Source: Octopus sinensis
Taxonomy: Eukaryota
Length of the DNA stretch: 64,000 nucleotides
Reading direction: 5' to 3'
Assembly: GCF_006345805.1 (NCBI RefSeq)
Contig: NC_042999.1
Location: forward strand, 10,168,001-10,232,000
Under the pieces are notes generated by a model. The model worked only from the letters and a program-made list of their open reading frames with translations, searched no databases and was not told the origin of the DNA. This document shows positions 52,070-64,000 of the stretch, in pieces; positions within the stretch are counted from its first letter, which is position 1, and every line of letters starts with the position of its first letter. Position numbers and translations under genes: made by a program.

Positions 52070-52900
52070 ATATTTACAATTCAAAATGGCCACCCTTTGC
52101 TTTCACCTTGGCTCTTAAACTTTTCTCAACTGCAGCTCATGGCTTCTTCACAAACCTCTTCGTTCGGGAGCTTCTTTCAGGTCAGGCCCATTTGAGTACG
52201 AGATACGGGAAACATCGGTCTCCAACACGGAACAACATCGCAAAATCCATACGATTAATATCAGGGCTTAGCGGAGACCAAATGGCCTTGTCAAAAAATC
52301 CACAGAAATGTCTCTTGGACCAGTTCTTGAAGAAAGACATAGCGACTTCGAAACGTGGTTGACAACTAGGGCAGCACACCTCTCTCCAACGTTTGCTGGT
52401 AAAGTCTGCTATTCACTTTGACGCCTTCTTCAATGAACAGCAAGAGTAATTTCAAGCCATCAGAAGCAACAACAGCCCCACCTATGGCACCAGTTGGTTT
52501 CTGTCGCCTGGAATGTGTTCTATCACCTTCGGGATGTTTTTGGATGAAGTGGTATAAATCCTGTCGTTTTGATACTTGGCCACAGACTCCACAGCAAAAA
52601 CCTTCTCGCCCAGCTAAATGAATACTTTGCAGCGCACTGTGTCGCCTCCGATATTTTCTTCCTCCTTCCAAACCGTTCTTTCTTTACTGGATCCGGCGAG
52701 CTGCAGTACTGAGACGAGCTCCAATATCAGCTTTGGCGTGGATCCTATGGATTGATGCCCTTCCAAACGGTAACCATTTTGCCGTGCATACAAAGTGCTT
52801 TTCTTTGTGACACTGGCACGAGTGAGGTCACCAAGTAATTTGCAATACATAGACAAAAAAAAAACCCTTAGCGAAGTGAGGGTGCATTTGATAGAGGGCA
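52070..52900 (-). mobile_element. Decayed Tc1/mariner-superfamily transposase relic
   Basis: Minus-strand fragments VASDGLKLLLLFIEEGVKVNSRLYQQTLERGVLP and FFDKAIWSPLSPDINRMDFA match the 'F...GVKVN...Y...L' and 'WPP.SPDLNP.D' motifs. Frameshifted. Confidence 0.82.
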
Positions 52901-54329
52901 ATGTGATTTTATGCTAGTCGTTAAAATTGACAAATCCAAAATTCCTTATTTTTAGGCATTGCGTATCGAGGAGTTCTTTTATTACCCACAATTCTTTGAA
53001 ATAAAAGAAAATACCATTCCAGCTTCACGTTCTGATGCTTTGCTGCTAACTTGTGAGATACTCTGACAAACTCTGACAAACCCTTCCCAATGAAACTTCC
53101 TCGGTTAAAATATAAAAAGTAAAATATAAACTTCTCAATATTAGAAACATTTTTTTATGGTAAAGAGCCCCAAAGGAGAGCAAAGAAAACTGGTCACCTC
53201 TGATGTAATTTTATACCCCTTTAAATAGAAAAAAGAAAACTCTTAGAGAGGCGCAGTCGCTTTGTCTAATTATAATCCTGACTCCATTTCGTTGTTAATG
53301 TTTTTCTTTATTCCCATTTTACAATCTATTTTCATGCCTTTATTACAGATATTAATATTTCATGTTTATTCTTCGTTTACTTTGACTTGTTTTTTTTTCT
53401 ATTTATAAATATTTCAAATGTCTTTTCACATATTGCCATCCAGTTTTGCCCCCCACCCCCCACCACCACCACCGAGCTCATTGCTTAGCGCTTGATTACT
53501 ACGCAGTTTTAATTCCATGAATATTGCATATCATCTCAATGTTAACATCCATCTTAACTCTCTCAATCTATTTTATTGTAATTTCGTGTCACATTTTTGT
53601 TTTTCATTTTTAAATATACAGAAATAGTTGTAATAACAGTAGAAAAGAAAAACAAAAATAACAAAACTATACAAAAGAAAACATACAAACTAAAACGCTT
53701 ATAAAACATGGCCTCAATTCGTGGCATTTTACATACAGCAATTACTAAACATATTTTGGAATTGCAACTTCAGGGCTTTTGAAAAGTGGTTTCAGCCGGA
53801 ACATTGGTCCGGTAACAGAAAATGAAGAAAGAATTCGTTACTCTTTGCCCAGATCTCTCCTACATAAAGAAAATAAGCAACTTCACAGTTCCCCTGGATT
53901 TTCAAAGGAGGCAACCCTCATTCAGGATCCCGAGAGCAGTCCTGTCCCCTTTCTCTCTAAGGCTTTACTCCATTGAATGAGCTGGGTGTACTTTGATTCT
54001 TGACATATACGCAAGGAATCTTAGTTTCAGGAGTGCTGCCGTGACTCAGACGAGACCTGAATATTCCATCATCATCGTTGGTTTAACGTCCACTTTCCCA
54101 TGCTTGCGCGGGTCAATTGGAAATCGTTGAGGCAAGTTTTTCACGGCTGGATGCCCTTCCTGTCGCCAACCCTTACCTGTTTCCTAAGTAATACTTCCTC
54201 ATAGCTGGACACGTTTTCCTGAAAGACGAGAAACAAAGAACTCTACTTGTTTGGCGGTCACACTTGTTTTTATCTATCGTCAAGAAAAGGAGACACAAAC
54301 ACATGCACGCACGCACGCACGCACACATA

Positions 54330-54480
54330 TGAGAGGCTTCTTTCAGTTTCCGCCCACCAGATCCATCCACAAGGCTTTGATAGGGTTGGAGTTATAATAG
54401 AAGGCACTTGTCCAAGATGTCACGTTGCGGGATTGAACTTGAAATCGCCCGACTGGGAAGCGAAATTCTTAGCCCCGCCC
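54330..54480 (-). mobile_element. SINE family B, 5' part, degenerate
   Basis: GGCTTCTTTCAGTTTCCG...AGAAGGCACTTGTCCAAGATG is the reverse complement of the family B head. Confidence 0.75.
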
Positions 54481-54708
54481 ATATTGTCCGGTTAATTAAG
54501 CTGGTAATAAAATTGTAAAAAGACGGCGAAGATGGCAATTTTGTGCTCGAACAAGAATATATCAGAGTAATCGATAAAAGGTCGATGAAATTATTGCCGC
54601 GATCTCCATTCCTGTGAAAATACAAAGGCGTGAAACTAAGATGTTTCAGGAATTCACAAAAGATGTCCAACTATTTGAGGTGTTTCACTCATTTATTTGG
54701 GGACCAAA

Positions 54709-54948
54709 GGCGGCGAGCTGGCAGAAACGTTAGCACGCCGGGCGAAATGCTTTGCGTTATTTCGTCCGCCGTTACGTTGTGTTCCGAGTTCAAATTCCGC
54801 CGAGGTCGACTTTGCCTTTCATCCTTTCGGGGTCGATAAATTAAGTACCAGTTATGCACTGGGGTCGATGTAATCGACTTAATCCGTTTGTCTGACCTTG
54901 TTTGTCCCCTCTGTGTTTAGCCCCTTGTGGGTAGTAAAGAAATATATA
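54709..54948 (+). mobile_element. SINE family A, full length
   Basis: TSD TGGGGACCAAAG at 54698-54709 and 54949-54960. Confidence 0.93.
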
Positions 54949-55216
54949 TGGGGACCAAAGAAAGACCCTTTTTTAAATGACTTATGTAAAAGTTGGGACA
55001 AGATCCAACGATCAGAACACAACCAAAGCCACGTCTATGTTAGAATAAACAATTCATAATGTTATGGAAGCGACTGAGAAAGTTGAGAATCAGCCAAGGG
55101 ACTTTCTGGTTTCTTGCTCGGTGTTTCGTGGTGCGGCAGTTCAATTCACGCCAGGGTCAACATTGTTTTATATTCTTTCAGTATGTAACAAAAAGTATTT
55201 TTTTTTAAATGATATC

Positions 55217-55465
55217 GTTGTTGATGATGATGATGATGGTGGTGGTGGTGAGTGGGGTGACGATGATGGTAATGATGATTGTGACAGTGGTGACGCTGTT
55301 GTTTGTTTTTGTTATTGTTGGTGGTGGTGGTGGTTGTGGTGGTGGTGGTGGTTGTGGTGGTGTTGGTGGTGGTGTTGGTGGTGGTGATGGTGGTGGTTGT
55401 GGTGGTGGTGGTGGTTGTGGTGTGTTGGTGGTTGTGGTGGTGTTGGTGGTGGTGATGATGCTGGT
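55217..55465. repeat. (GGT)n/(GAT)n degenerate trinucleotide array
   Basis: Direct reading. Confidence 0.92.
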
Positions 55466-56469
55466 GTTTAACCCTGTCTCAACTCTCCTCCACCAGACCT
55501 ATGATCAAAAGAGTTTGGCTATGAGTATCTTGTCCCCTTTTCAGGAATAGTGTACCACGGACTACATTATGCAGTGTACCTTTTTTTTCTTCCCTTTCCA
55601 ATCGAGAAGGCTTTTGGTTTGAAGGGAGATTTGCTTGCAATCCACCGATGCTCCATCGTTACGATTAAGAACAGAGTATTATGTCTTGGATATGAATTAT
55701 TTAACGAACAGCTGCTGTCATAATCAGGGTTTGTTTACGTCACAGAGAGAGAGAAGGGGAGAGGAAAAGTGGGAAGACGTGAGAGAAATATAGTAAGAGA
55801 GAGAGAGAAAGGGAGAAGAACAGAGGGAGGACAAGAGAGAAAGAGAGTGAGAGAGAGAGAAGCTATCTGCTTTTAAAGGAGAGTTTTCACTTAATATTCT
55901 TCCTTAATTCATTCCATTCGAAACTTGACAAACCTAATTCGAATTTCGCATTTATAATATTATGTTTTAATGAAAAATGCACGACAAATTATGGATAAAA
56001 CAATTTATCACGAATTTAATGGCTATTTCCAGACATTTATGAATATTCCGCTAACAATCTATAAAAAAACGTAGCAAATAACGAAAGGAGAGAGAGAGTT
56101 TCAAGACAAAATCACTCAGAGTTTTGGTAACTGCTTTCCAGAAACCTTCTACATTGGCGATGGTTTTTCTATGGTCGAGTAATATGTTTTATATTAATGG
56201 GTTGTAATAAAGATAGAGAGACGGGGTGGATGGATGGATGGGGGGGGGGTGCGGCTTATTTCTTATTTATGATAATGCAGTAGAATGTATTATGTTTGTG
56301 TTGTTGCCACGAAGAACAGTTTAAATTATTAATATTTTCCATAGCTGTCATGAATATAATAGCCATATTGTTCAATTATAACCTGGTTTGCTGCCAATTT
56401 TTGCAGGTACAGCAAATCCGTTGCAAACACTTATATAGACGTACACATATAAACATACATGAACGTATG

Positions 56470-56509
<40 letters not shown>

Positions 56510-56609
56510 TATGTACATATATACATACATACCTACACGTATGCGTGCGAATGTTTGTGTACGTACGTGTATGTACATATGTGTATGTGTGTATATATAT
56601 GTATATGCA

Positions 56610-56642
<33 letters not shown>

Positions 56643-58303
56643 ATATTGATATTTTTTACTATTCTTTATCTCGTTGGCTGCCATTCGTTAATTTATTTAT
56701 TCCTCCATTTATCTGTGATGTTAACAAAAACAATGTGTCTGAAATACCACCAGGCACTGAAGAAAGTTCCCAATTAATGATTTTATTTGATTTATCGATT
56801 CGTGCGACGGGGCTTTCTTTATATTAAAATCATTACGGGCAACAAAAGCGTGATCTATTCGTTCTCAATACCTTGACAGATTCGAACGTGAGTATGCCGA
56901 TCGCTGTTGATTTTTCGTCATCAGAGAACATCTCTCTTCAGTCGATGTATATTCATAATACACACGATTCATTAATATAAGGAAAATATGAGACACCGCC
57001 GTGTTTCAACCTGTTTGTATGTCTCCTCAGTCAAAGTTACAACCCCACTGGACGGCGGGGTGGGGGGATCTTGGGATTTTGTTTATAAAAATCAACAAGT
57101 GAATTATTTGCGTGCTGATGTCTGGCAAACTGATAATTAATGAGACCACATGTATCGTTATGGGCAAACTGTTTATAAATATTATTGATTGGTGTTCTCA
57201 TTAAAGTGGGGGTAGCTCTCGTAAAACGAAAATATATAAAGCAAACTGCCCCCCCCCCTCAGCACAGAAAACTACAAACGCTTACGTAAATCTGTTTAAA
57301 AACAACCAAAGTAAAATTTTAAACGAGTCCAATAATTAATGCAGCATCTAGACATTTATATCCTATCAAATACTGCTTGAAATATGGGACACTTGGTATA
57401 ACCAAGCTGTTATTGGAATGCGCAACTGTCAGACGACTTTTGTGTTATGTGAGTCGACACTTTGTGACAAAAAAGGTCCCGTGATTGTCTTGAAAACTGC
57501 AATGACCTAATAAATAATGCATCGTCCGTAACGTGAGTATGCTGTTGGTTCTAATATTTCTTCTCTACGTAATGAATTGGAATTTATGAAAGTGAAGTAT
57601 TGGCAGGAAGCAAGATTTTCCAAGAGGGAATGAATTGGGTTTATCTAGGAACCGAAACCGTTTCTTGAAATCCATTCCCCGACAGTTTCCACAGTGGCGT
57701 ATATTTTACTATCTCAGTTGCAAACATCGATAATTTTACGGATTGCTGAGTTCAATGGAGCGGATGGGCAGTCACGAGGTGTATGTTACGTGAAATGATT
57801 GGTTCGATTGGGAATCGATTCAGAATTAGTTGTCTTGGAGTCTACACACACACACACACACATAAGAGAGCGAGAGAAATATTTATCTTTGTGTGTGCAT
57901 GCTGTATGTATGTTTGTGTATCTGCACGCGCCCTCACCATATTCCATTAGAGCGAACTTTAAACGGCCGACTCTCATAACACAATTTGTTATTCACAAAG
58001 TTCACTTCAATAGTGTTGAGTGTCTATTTTCCAACAGAGTTGACTTAGAGCAACGTATATTTGTTGATCTCGTGAGGAATGCATACAGCTATGAAATTGT
58101 ATAATCAATCTCTGCCAAAATTGGTTTTTCGGTTCCGTTCTGGCTGTATGACTCGAGTGGCGTATTTCTGGCCATCACTCTACAAACAATCAAACAAGCC
58201 GATTGGACAAAATGCTCCCACGCCTATCAAACGTTTCAACCACGTTTTATTACTTACTTACCACCACTCACACACCCTATGTCGGTTTACTTATCAAAGC
58301 CTC

Positions 58304-58365
58304 TGTGTGTGTATGTGTGTGGTGTGTGTGTGTGTAAGTGTGTGTGTATAAGTGTGTGTGTGTAA

Positions 58366-58396
<31 letters not shown>

Positions 58397-58965
58397 TGTG
58401 TGTGTAAGTGTGTGTAAGTGTGTGTGTGTAAGTGTGTGTGTGTAGTGTGTGTGTAAGTGTGGTGTGTAAGTGTGTGTGTGTGTGTGTGTTGTGTGTGTGT
58501 GTGTGTAAGTGTGTGTGTGTAAGTGTGTGTGTGTAAGTGTGTGTGTAAGTGTGTGTGTGTAAGTGTGTGTGTGGTGTGTGTATGTGTGTGTGTGTAAGTG
58601 TGTGTAAGTGTGTGTGTGTAAATGTGTGTGTGTAAGTGTGTGTGTGTGTAAGTGTGTGTGTGTAGTGTGTGTGTGTGTTGTGTGTGTGTATGTGTGTGTG
58701 TTGTAAGTGTGTGTAAGTGTGTGTGTGTAAGTGTGTGTGTAAGTGTGTGTGTAAGTGTGTGTGTGTAAGTGTGTGTGGTGTGTGTATGTGTGTGTGTGTA
58801 AGTGTGTGTAAGTGTGTGTGTGTAAGTGTGTGTGTGTAAGTGTGTGTGTAAGTGTGTGTGTGTAAGTGTGTGTGTGTGTGTGTATGTGTGTGTGTGTAAG
58901 TGTGTGTAAGTGTGTGTGTGTAAATGTGTGTGTGTAAGTGTGTGTGTGTAAGTATGTGTGTGTAA

Positions 58966-58995
<30 letters not shown>
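58304..58995. repeat. (GT)n satellite regularly punctuated by AA, giving units of (GT)4-6AA
   Basis: Direct reading; explains the HT-rich 239-aa and 267-aa ORFs. Confidence 0.97.
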
Positions 58996-58997
<2 letters not shown>

Positions 58998-59494
58998 TGA
59001 CCTCATCTTGGCTGAAACAACATAGATTTTCAGTTGTTAGTAAGCCTGAGTAGTTTCCCAGAGCAAAAAAAAAAAAAAACAGATGATGATTGGCCAAATA
59101 AAAGAAGTTAATGCAACTAATTTTGAGATTTTAGGTTATTATTTCGATGGATAACGTGAATAAAATGTTTCAGTGTTATGTAGTTTTGAAGATGAAGGAA
59201 TCATGAAAACAGTTCATGTTATAGGGGGGCGGTAAAGAGTAGAAGGTGAGCGTTCGGGGAGCACGAGAGAGTGTGTGTGTGTGTGTGTGCGTATGTGTGC
59301 GTGCTCGTGAGAGAGAAATCACAAAAGAGCAAGATTTACGCAATCATCTTCTGTAGCTTACTGTTGTTTCCGCTACAAGGAACTGTGCCCCAGGGAGGAA
59401 TGTCAGTGTGACATATGACTTCATCAGTGCCTTATTATAAGACCCCCCCCTCTCCCACTCACACACACATGAACTGAACTATAATTTGTAGTTT

Positions 59495-59623
59495 ATAATC
59501 TCTGACGAAGCCTAAAGATATATACAAGTACCTCATGTTCATCTACCTATTACCTCAATCCACTTGAGTAATAAATGTAGAATGAGGTATTTTTATCTAT
59601 TGGCTGAAACAGCTGTAAGTTAT
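59495..59623 (+). ncRNA. Type I hammerhead ribozyme with intact core, ~97-nt stem II and palindromic stem III
   Basis: ATAA(T)CT-CTGACGA-AGCC[long hairpin]GGCT-GAA-ACAGCTGT-A-AGTTAT. Stem II pairs AGCC.A.AGATA/TATCT.T.GGCT, TACCTCAT/ATGAGGTA, CTCAA/TTGAG. Predicted cleavage after GUA at 59617. Confidence 0.75.
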
Positions 59624-59854
59624 TTTACCAATTTATATTCGTGTTTTTTTTATAATAATTACTGGTATCATTATATATTACTATATTTTATATCTTATAT
59701 CTTATATGTAAAGAATAATATGTTATATGTGTGTATGTTATTGTAATTATCAGTTTAGTAATTAAATAAATAAGTTAGCATAATTTAATGTCTAAAAGTT
59801 GATGAACCACCCATTATTTCTCCTCCATTTTCTTATTTGCCATATATGTATATG

Positions 59855-59885
<31 letters not shown>

Positions 59886-60109
59886 AAATACATGTTATTT
59901 AGAGATAGAAGTCCCCATGCAATTCCTCAAATCCTAATAGACATCACACCACATCATAGAATTTTATTTTAATACTTACTAATCATTTCTAAATAGAGAA
60001 ATTTAGAAATGATTAGTAAGTATTAAAATAAAATTCTACGATGTGGTGTGATGTCTATTAGGATTTGAAGAATTGCATGAGGACTTCTATCTCCAAATAA
60101 CATATATTT
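59886..60109 (-). repeat. Near-perfect inverted repeat, 109-bp arms, 6-nt loop
   Basis: 59886-59994 versus 60001-60109; five mismatches, all G-U on the minus-strand RNA. Confidence 0.95.
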
Positions 60110-60229
60110 CTTATCGAGCATAAATCATTTTATTTGAATCCCTGTGAAGCCGGTATTTTTATTCCCTAATAAATAAAATTATATATATATATATATATAT
60201 AATATATATATATATATAATATATATATG

Positions 60230-60804
<575 letters not shown>

Positions 60805-60815
60805 TATATATAATA

Positions 60816-61070
60816 TTTATTTGTTCCACGTCCTCGCGTTGCTGGTTTTTTTGTGTTTCAACATGTGACCTCGTGAGCACCGCCAGCAATTTTTTTTCTT
60901 CTGTCTTCCCTTCTCGGGATCTTTCCTTCTCCTTTGTTTCCGACGAAGAGCTCCGCTCGAAACGTTAAACCCTCCTTCTTCCCTTCTTCCTGAGCGTCCA
61001 GTAATACTTTATTTGTTCCACGTCCTCGCGTTGCTGTTTTTTTTTGTGTTTTCTTGTTTGGATTAACTTT
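60816..61070 (+). mobile_element. Short PLE pLTR/retrozyme-like element with ~40-bp terminal direct repeats (192-nt period), within (TA)n
   Basis: TTTATTTGTTCCACGTCCTCGCGTTGCTG at 60816 and 61008; central hammerhead motif. Confidence 0.7.
60936..60970 (+). ncRNA. Minimal type I hammerhead ribozyme variant
   Basis: GTTT-CCGACGA-A-GAGC(TCC)GCTC-GAA-ACGT-T-AAAC: stem I GTTT/AAAC, stem II GAGC/GCTC, palindromic stem III. Confidence 0.65.
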
Positions 61071-61755
61071 ATATATATATATCATCATCATCATCATCAT
61101 CGTTTAGCGTCCGCTTTCCAAGCTAGCATGGGTTGGACGGGTCAACTGGGGTCTGTGAAGCTGGAAGGCTTCGTCAAGCCCAGTCAGATCTGGCAGTGTT
61201 TCTACGGCTGGATGCCCTTCCTAACACCAATATATATCAGTGAGTAATTTAAGAAATTTGCGAGAGCAGTGGCATGGACAGGAAAGTACAATACGTCAGC
61301 AAAGAATGCACAATTGTTGACAATGCTTGCTAAAGAAGGGAGATAAGATTTTCTTAACAATGATCCGATATCTGAATGTGTTCTAAAGACATCTCAATCT
61401 CATCCACGATTAATATTTCGTTTCTGTTCCTTCACAACCTGTTTTATTTAGGTTTATCCATCTGTTTCCCGGCCACCTCCACACGGGTTTCCATGTTCCA
61501 GAAATGCGATCAAACAATCTGTTGGGACATTCGACTGGAAATAAGATGCTTATCCACGCCATTCTGCAAATTGGCACTTTGGTGTGCAGATCCGTTTATA
61601 CTCAACTTTGACTCTGAAGGACCGCCTTTCACAAAAGCATTTCGATCTTTTGCTTTATACAAATCATTGAGAAACAATATTATCTCGAAGACATCGTTGT
61701 AGCTCTCAGCTTCATTGTTAAATCATTATCCATGCTTCCTTTGACTCAACGGTCA

Positions 61756-61760
61756 GTGTG

Positions 61761-61792
<32 letters not shown>

Positions 61793-61910
61793 TGCGTGCG
61801 CATTGCGTGTGCGTGCGCGTGCGTGTGCGTGCGCGTGCGTGTGCGTGCGCGTGCGTGTGCGTGCGCGTGCGTGTGCGTGCGCGTGCGTGTGCGTGCGCGT
61901 GCGCACGCGC
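61756..61910. repeat. (GT)n/(GCGT)n alternating purine-pyrimidine array
   Basis: Direct reading; Z-DNA-prone composition. Confidence 0.95.
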
Positions 61911-62138
61911 TTGCCGTTCTTTACTTCTTGGCATATTTAAAACGAAAGATCAATAACTTATGTCGACCAAACGGCTGAAATATGTGTTACATCAAATCTA
62001 TGTTTTTCTGATAGAATCCGACATAGCCATGCAAACTTTGCCTTCAGAAGCGCAATACATTTTCGAATGACATCAATTACTGGACAAATAACAGACAGCT
62101 TCCATTATGCATACATGATGTATGTATTTTATATTATA

Positions 62139-62492
62139 CTAGCAATATCGCCCGGCGTTGCTCGGGTTTGTAAGGGAAATAACTATATAAGCATTTTTAG
62201 AGATGTAAAGTATAATAGCCATCTCAATATGGTTAACCACAAAGGGGGGTGTTACTGTAGCTTTTTATGTTCTAAGATTTAATAATACGTTTTTAGAGAG
62301 TTACTTCCCTTATATATGCCAAAAATGCATTAAAAATGGGAAAAATTGATGGTAATACCCAGAAGGGCTCGATATGAATCACGACTATATGATACCCGGT
62401 TTTGGTTAAATTGCACCGCAAAATGTGGGAGTAGTTAGGAATCTAAATCGTAGAAGACAGACAGCACACAACCTTACTTTTATATATAAAGA
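62139..62492 (-). mobile_element. Non-autonomous Helitron, same family as 29473-29860
   Basis: Minus strand A|TCTTTATATATAAAAG ... ACAAACCCGAGCAACGCCGGGCGATATTGCTAG|T. Confidence 0.88.
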
Positions 62493-62569
62493 TATACACA
62501 CGCACGCATGCACACGCGTGCACACATACACACACACACACACACATACACACACACACACACACACAC

Positions 62570-63180
62570 CAGGCTGGGTTGAAAAGTTCATAGGCTGATT
62601 ATGGAGTAGTGATGCTGGAGCTGTGAAATCTGACGTCTGACTGTTCAAAAAAGACTTCAAAAGTAACTAATGGCGACTTCTCTTGAAAATTTGGAGTCAT
62701 GGTCTTATCAAGTGCCTGCAGAAAAAGGGTTTAGCCTCCCCACCACCGAAGGACAGTGATGCTGACATGATTGCTACATTAGGAGATGATGTTCCAGCTT
62801 TATCAAAAGTGCAAAAATGGTCAGCTGAATCGAGGAGTGGAAGGGAGATTCTTGAAGATGACCCAAGGTCTGGACGTCCTGCAACTGCCACCACCGAGGA
62901 AAACATTGATTGTGTAAACCCCATGGTGATGGATGACAGGCGATTGGCTCTAAATCAAATAGCCAATGCTATTAGCATTTCCGGTGAGAGATTTGAGAAT
63001 ATTCTGCAAAATGGAGTTGGCATGACCAAGGTTTCTACTCGGTGGGTGCCACGTCTTCTGACACCTGATCAAAAGCGAACCCAGGCTGACCACATCACGA
63101 CGAAATCTGACATTGTTTGAAGCAGATCCAGCTGGTTTCCTTTAATATTTCCTAACACAGGATTAGTGTTGGGATAATCT
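62570..63180 (+). mobile_element. Mariner transposon 5' half (decayed transposase N-terminus)
   Basis: TIR-like GGGTTGAAAAGTTCATAGGCT; translation IKCLQKKG...LGDDVPALSKVQKWSAE.RSGRE.LEDDPRSGRP...DRRL...IAN...GMTKVSTRWVPRLLTPDQKR contains the mariner HTH regions and the WVPxxL motif. Frameshifted and truncated. Confidence 0.92.
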
Positions 63181-64000
63181 GATTAATTCCCGGCCTGGAA
63201 GATAAACTTAGTCCTTCCTCTTCCTTGTCTCAGAAACCCTTTAGAAGATCAAGGGAACTGCTCAAACTGATTTAATTGAGTCATAGAAAAAAATGAAAAA
63301 TATGTGGCTTTTCTTTATTTTAGAGATTAATATTTATGGTAATAATTTCGAAAAATCTTCATTGAAGAATAGGCAAAGTTTAGGCTTATGACGCCATCTT
63401 GTTTTTCAGGAACCACGAATACAAAAATAACTATGAATAATTGAGCTAGCATATGTTTAGATTATCTAAACCCGATAACAAGGGAGTGTGTTTCATATTA
63501 AACTGGTTCCTACAAGAGTCATCTAGCTGCTTTTGGAAAAGATAACCGAAGAAATCAAGATTTACAAAAGGGTTTTAATATTCAGACAAACAATGGCCGG
63601 CTTTTTAGTGAGCAGAAAATTAGAATTTAAAATTTAGAATTTTGCCGAACGAGCAACCAATGTAGAAGAGAAAGACTACAAACAAAAACTAAGTACAAAA
63701 CGAAATGGTTTGATGGAAGTGAAATTAATTCTTTAGAAGATAACCAAGAAAGACAGGAAGTGTAAAAAAGATAAACGGGAAATTGTAAAAATTCAGATGA
63801 ATCATAAACCACCAGGAAGACAAGATGCAAGAGAACAACACATACGTAAACATACATTACAGATGTTGGCGCGCGCGAGCACGTGTGTGCGTGCAGGTAT
63901 GTCTATGGATATGTTTGTGCATGTATATTTATATATATACCGGAGTAAACACATAAATGTGAAACAAGGTGGAAAAAAGAGTACTCAATACCAGTGGTAT

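Noticed and set aside
58287-59097. His/Thr-rich 239-aa and 267-aa ORFs; CRISPR-like periodicity
   Set aside because: Simple satellite with no unique spacers; eukaryotic context with no cas genes.

Overview
AT-rich, microsatellite-saturated eukaryotic DNA. The tRNA-derived SINE families and repeat landscape strongly resemble an octopus/coleoid cephalopod genome (inference; no database check). The window looks mostly intronic. One secure protein-coding exon is present (minus strand, 25737-26018, a complete I-set Ig domain of titin/twitchin/obscurin/MLCK type, phase 1-1), plus several weaker candidate exons on the same strand. The rest is mobile DNA: about 30 SINE copies from at least four families (several with TSDs, nested or chimeric), decayed R4/Dong-clade RLE non-LTR retrotransposons inside (TACA)n and (TAA)n microsatellites, four non-autonomous Helitrons, Tc1/mariner relics and MITEs, Penelope-like remnants, and five near-identical tandem duplications, mostly bounded by microsatellites. 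The most striking unexplained layer is a set of short (TA)n-associated elements carrying type I hammerhead-ribozyme cores with palindromic stem III (one with a roughly 100-nt stem II), together with long inverted repeats whose mismatches are strongly biased to G-U wobbles on one strand, suggesting selection on RNA structure. Almost all ORFs in the supplied track are microsatellite artefacts. No rRNA, genuine tRNA, CRISPR or prokaryotic features were seen. Repeat coordinates were read by eye and are approximate to about 10 bp unless junctions are quoted.
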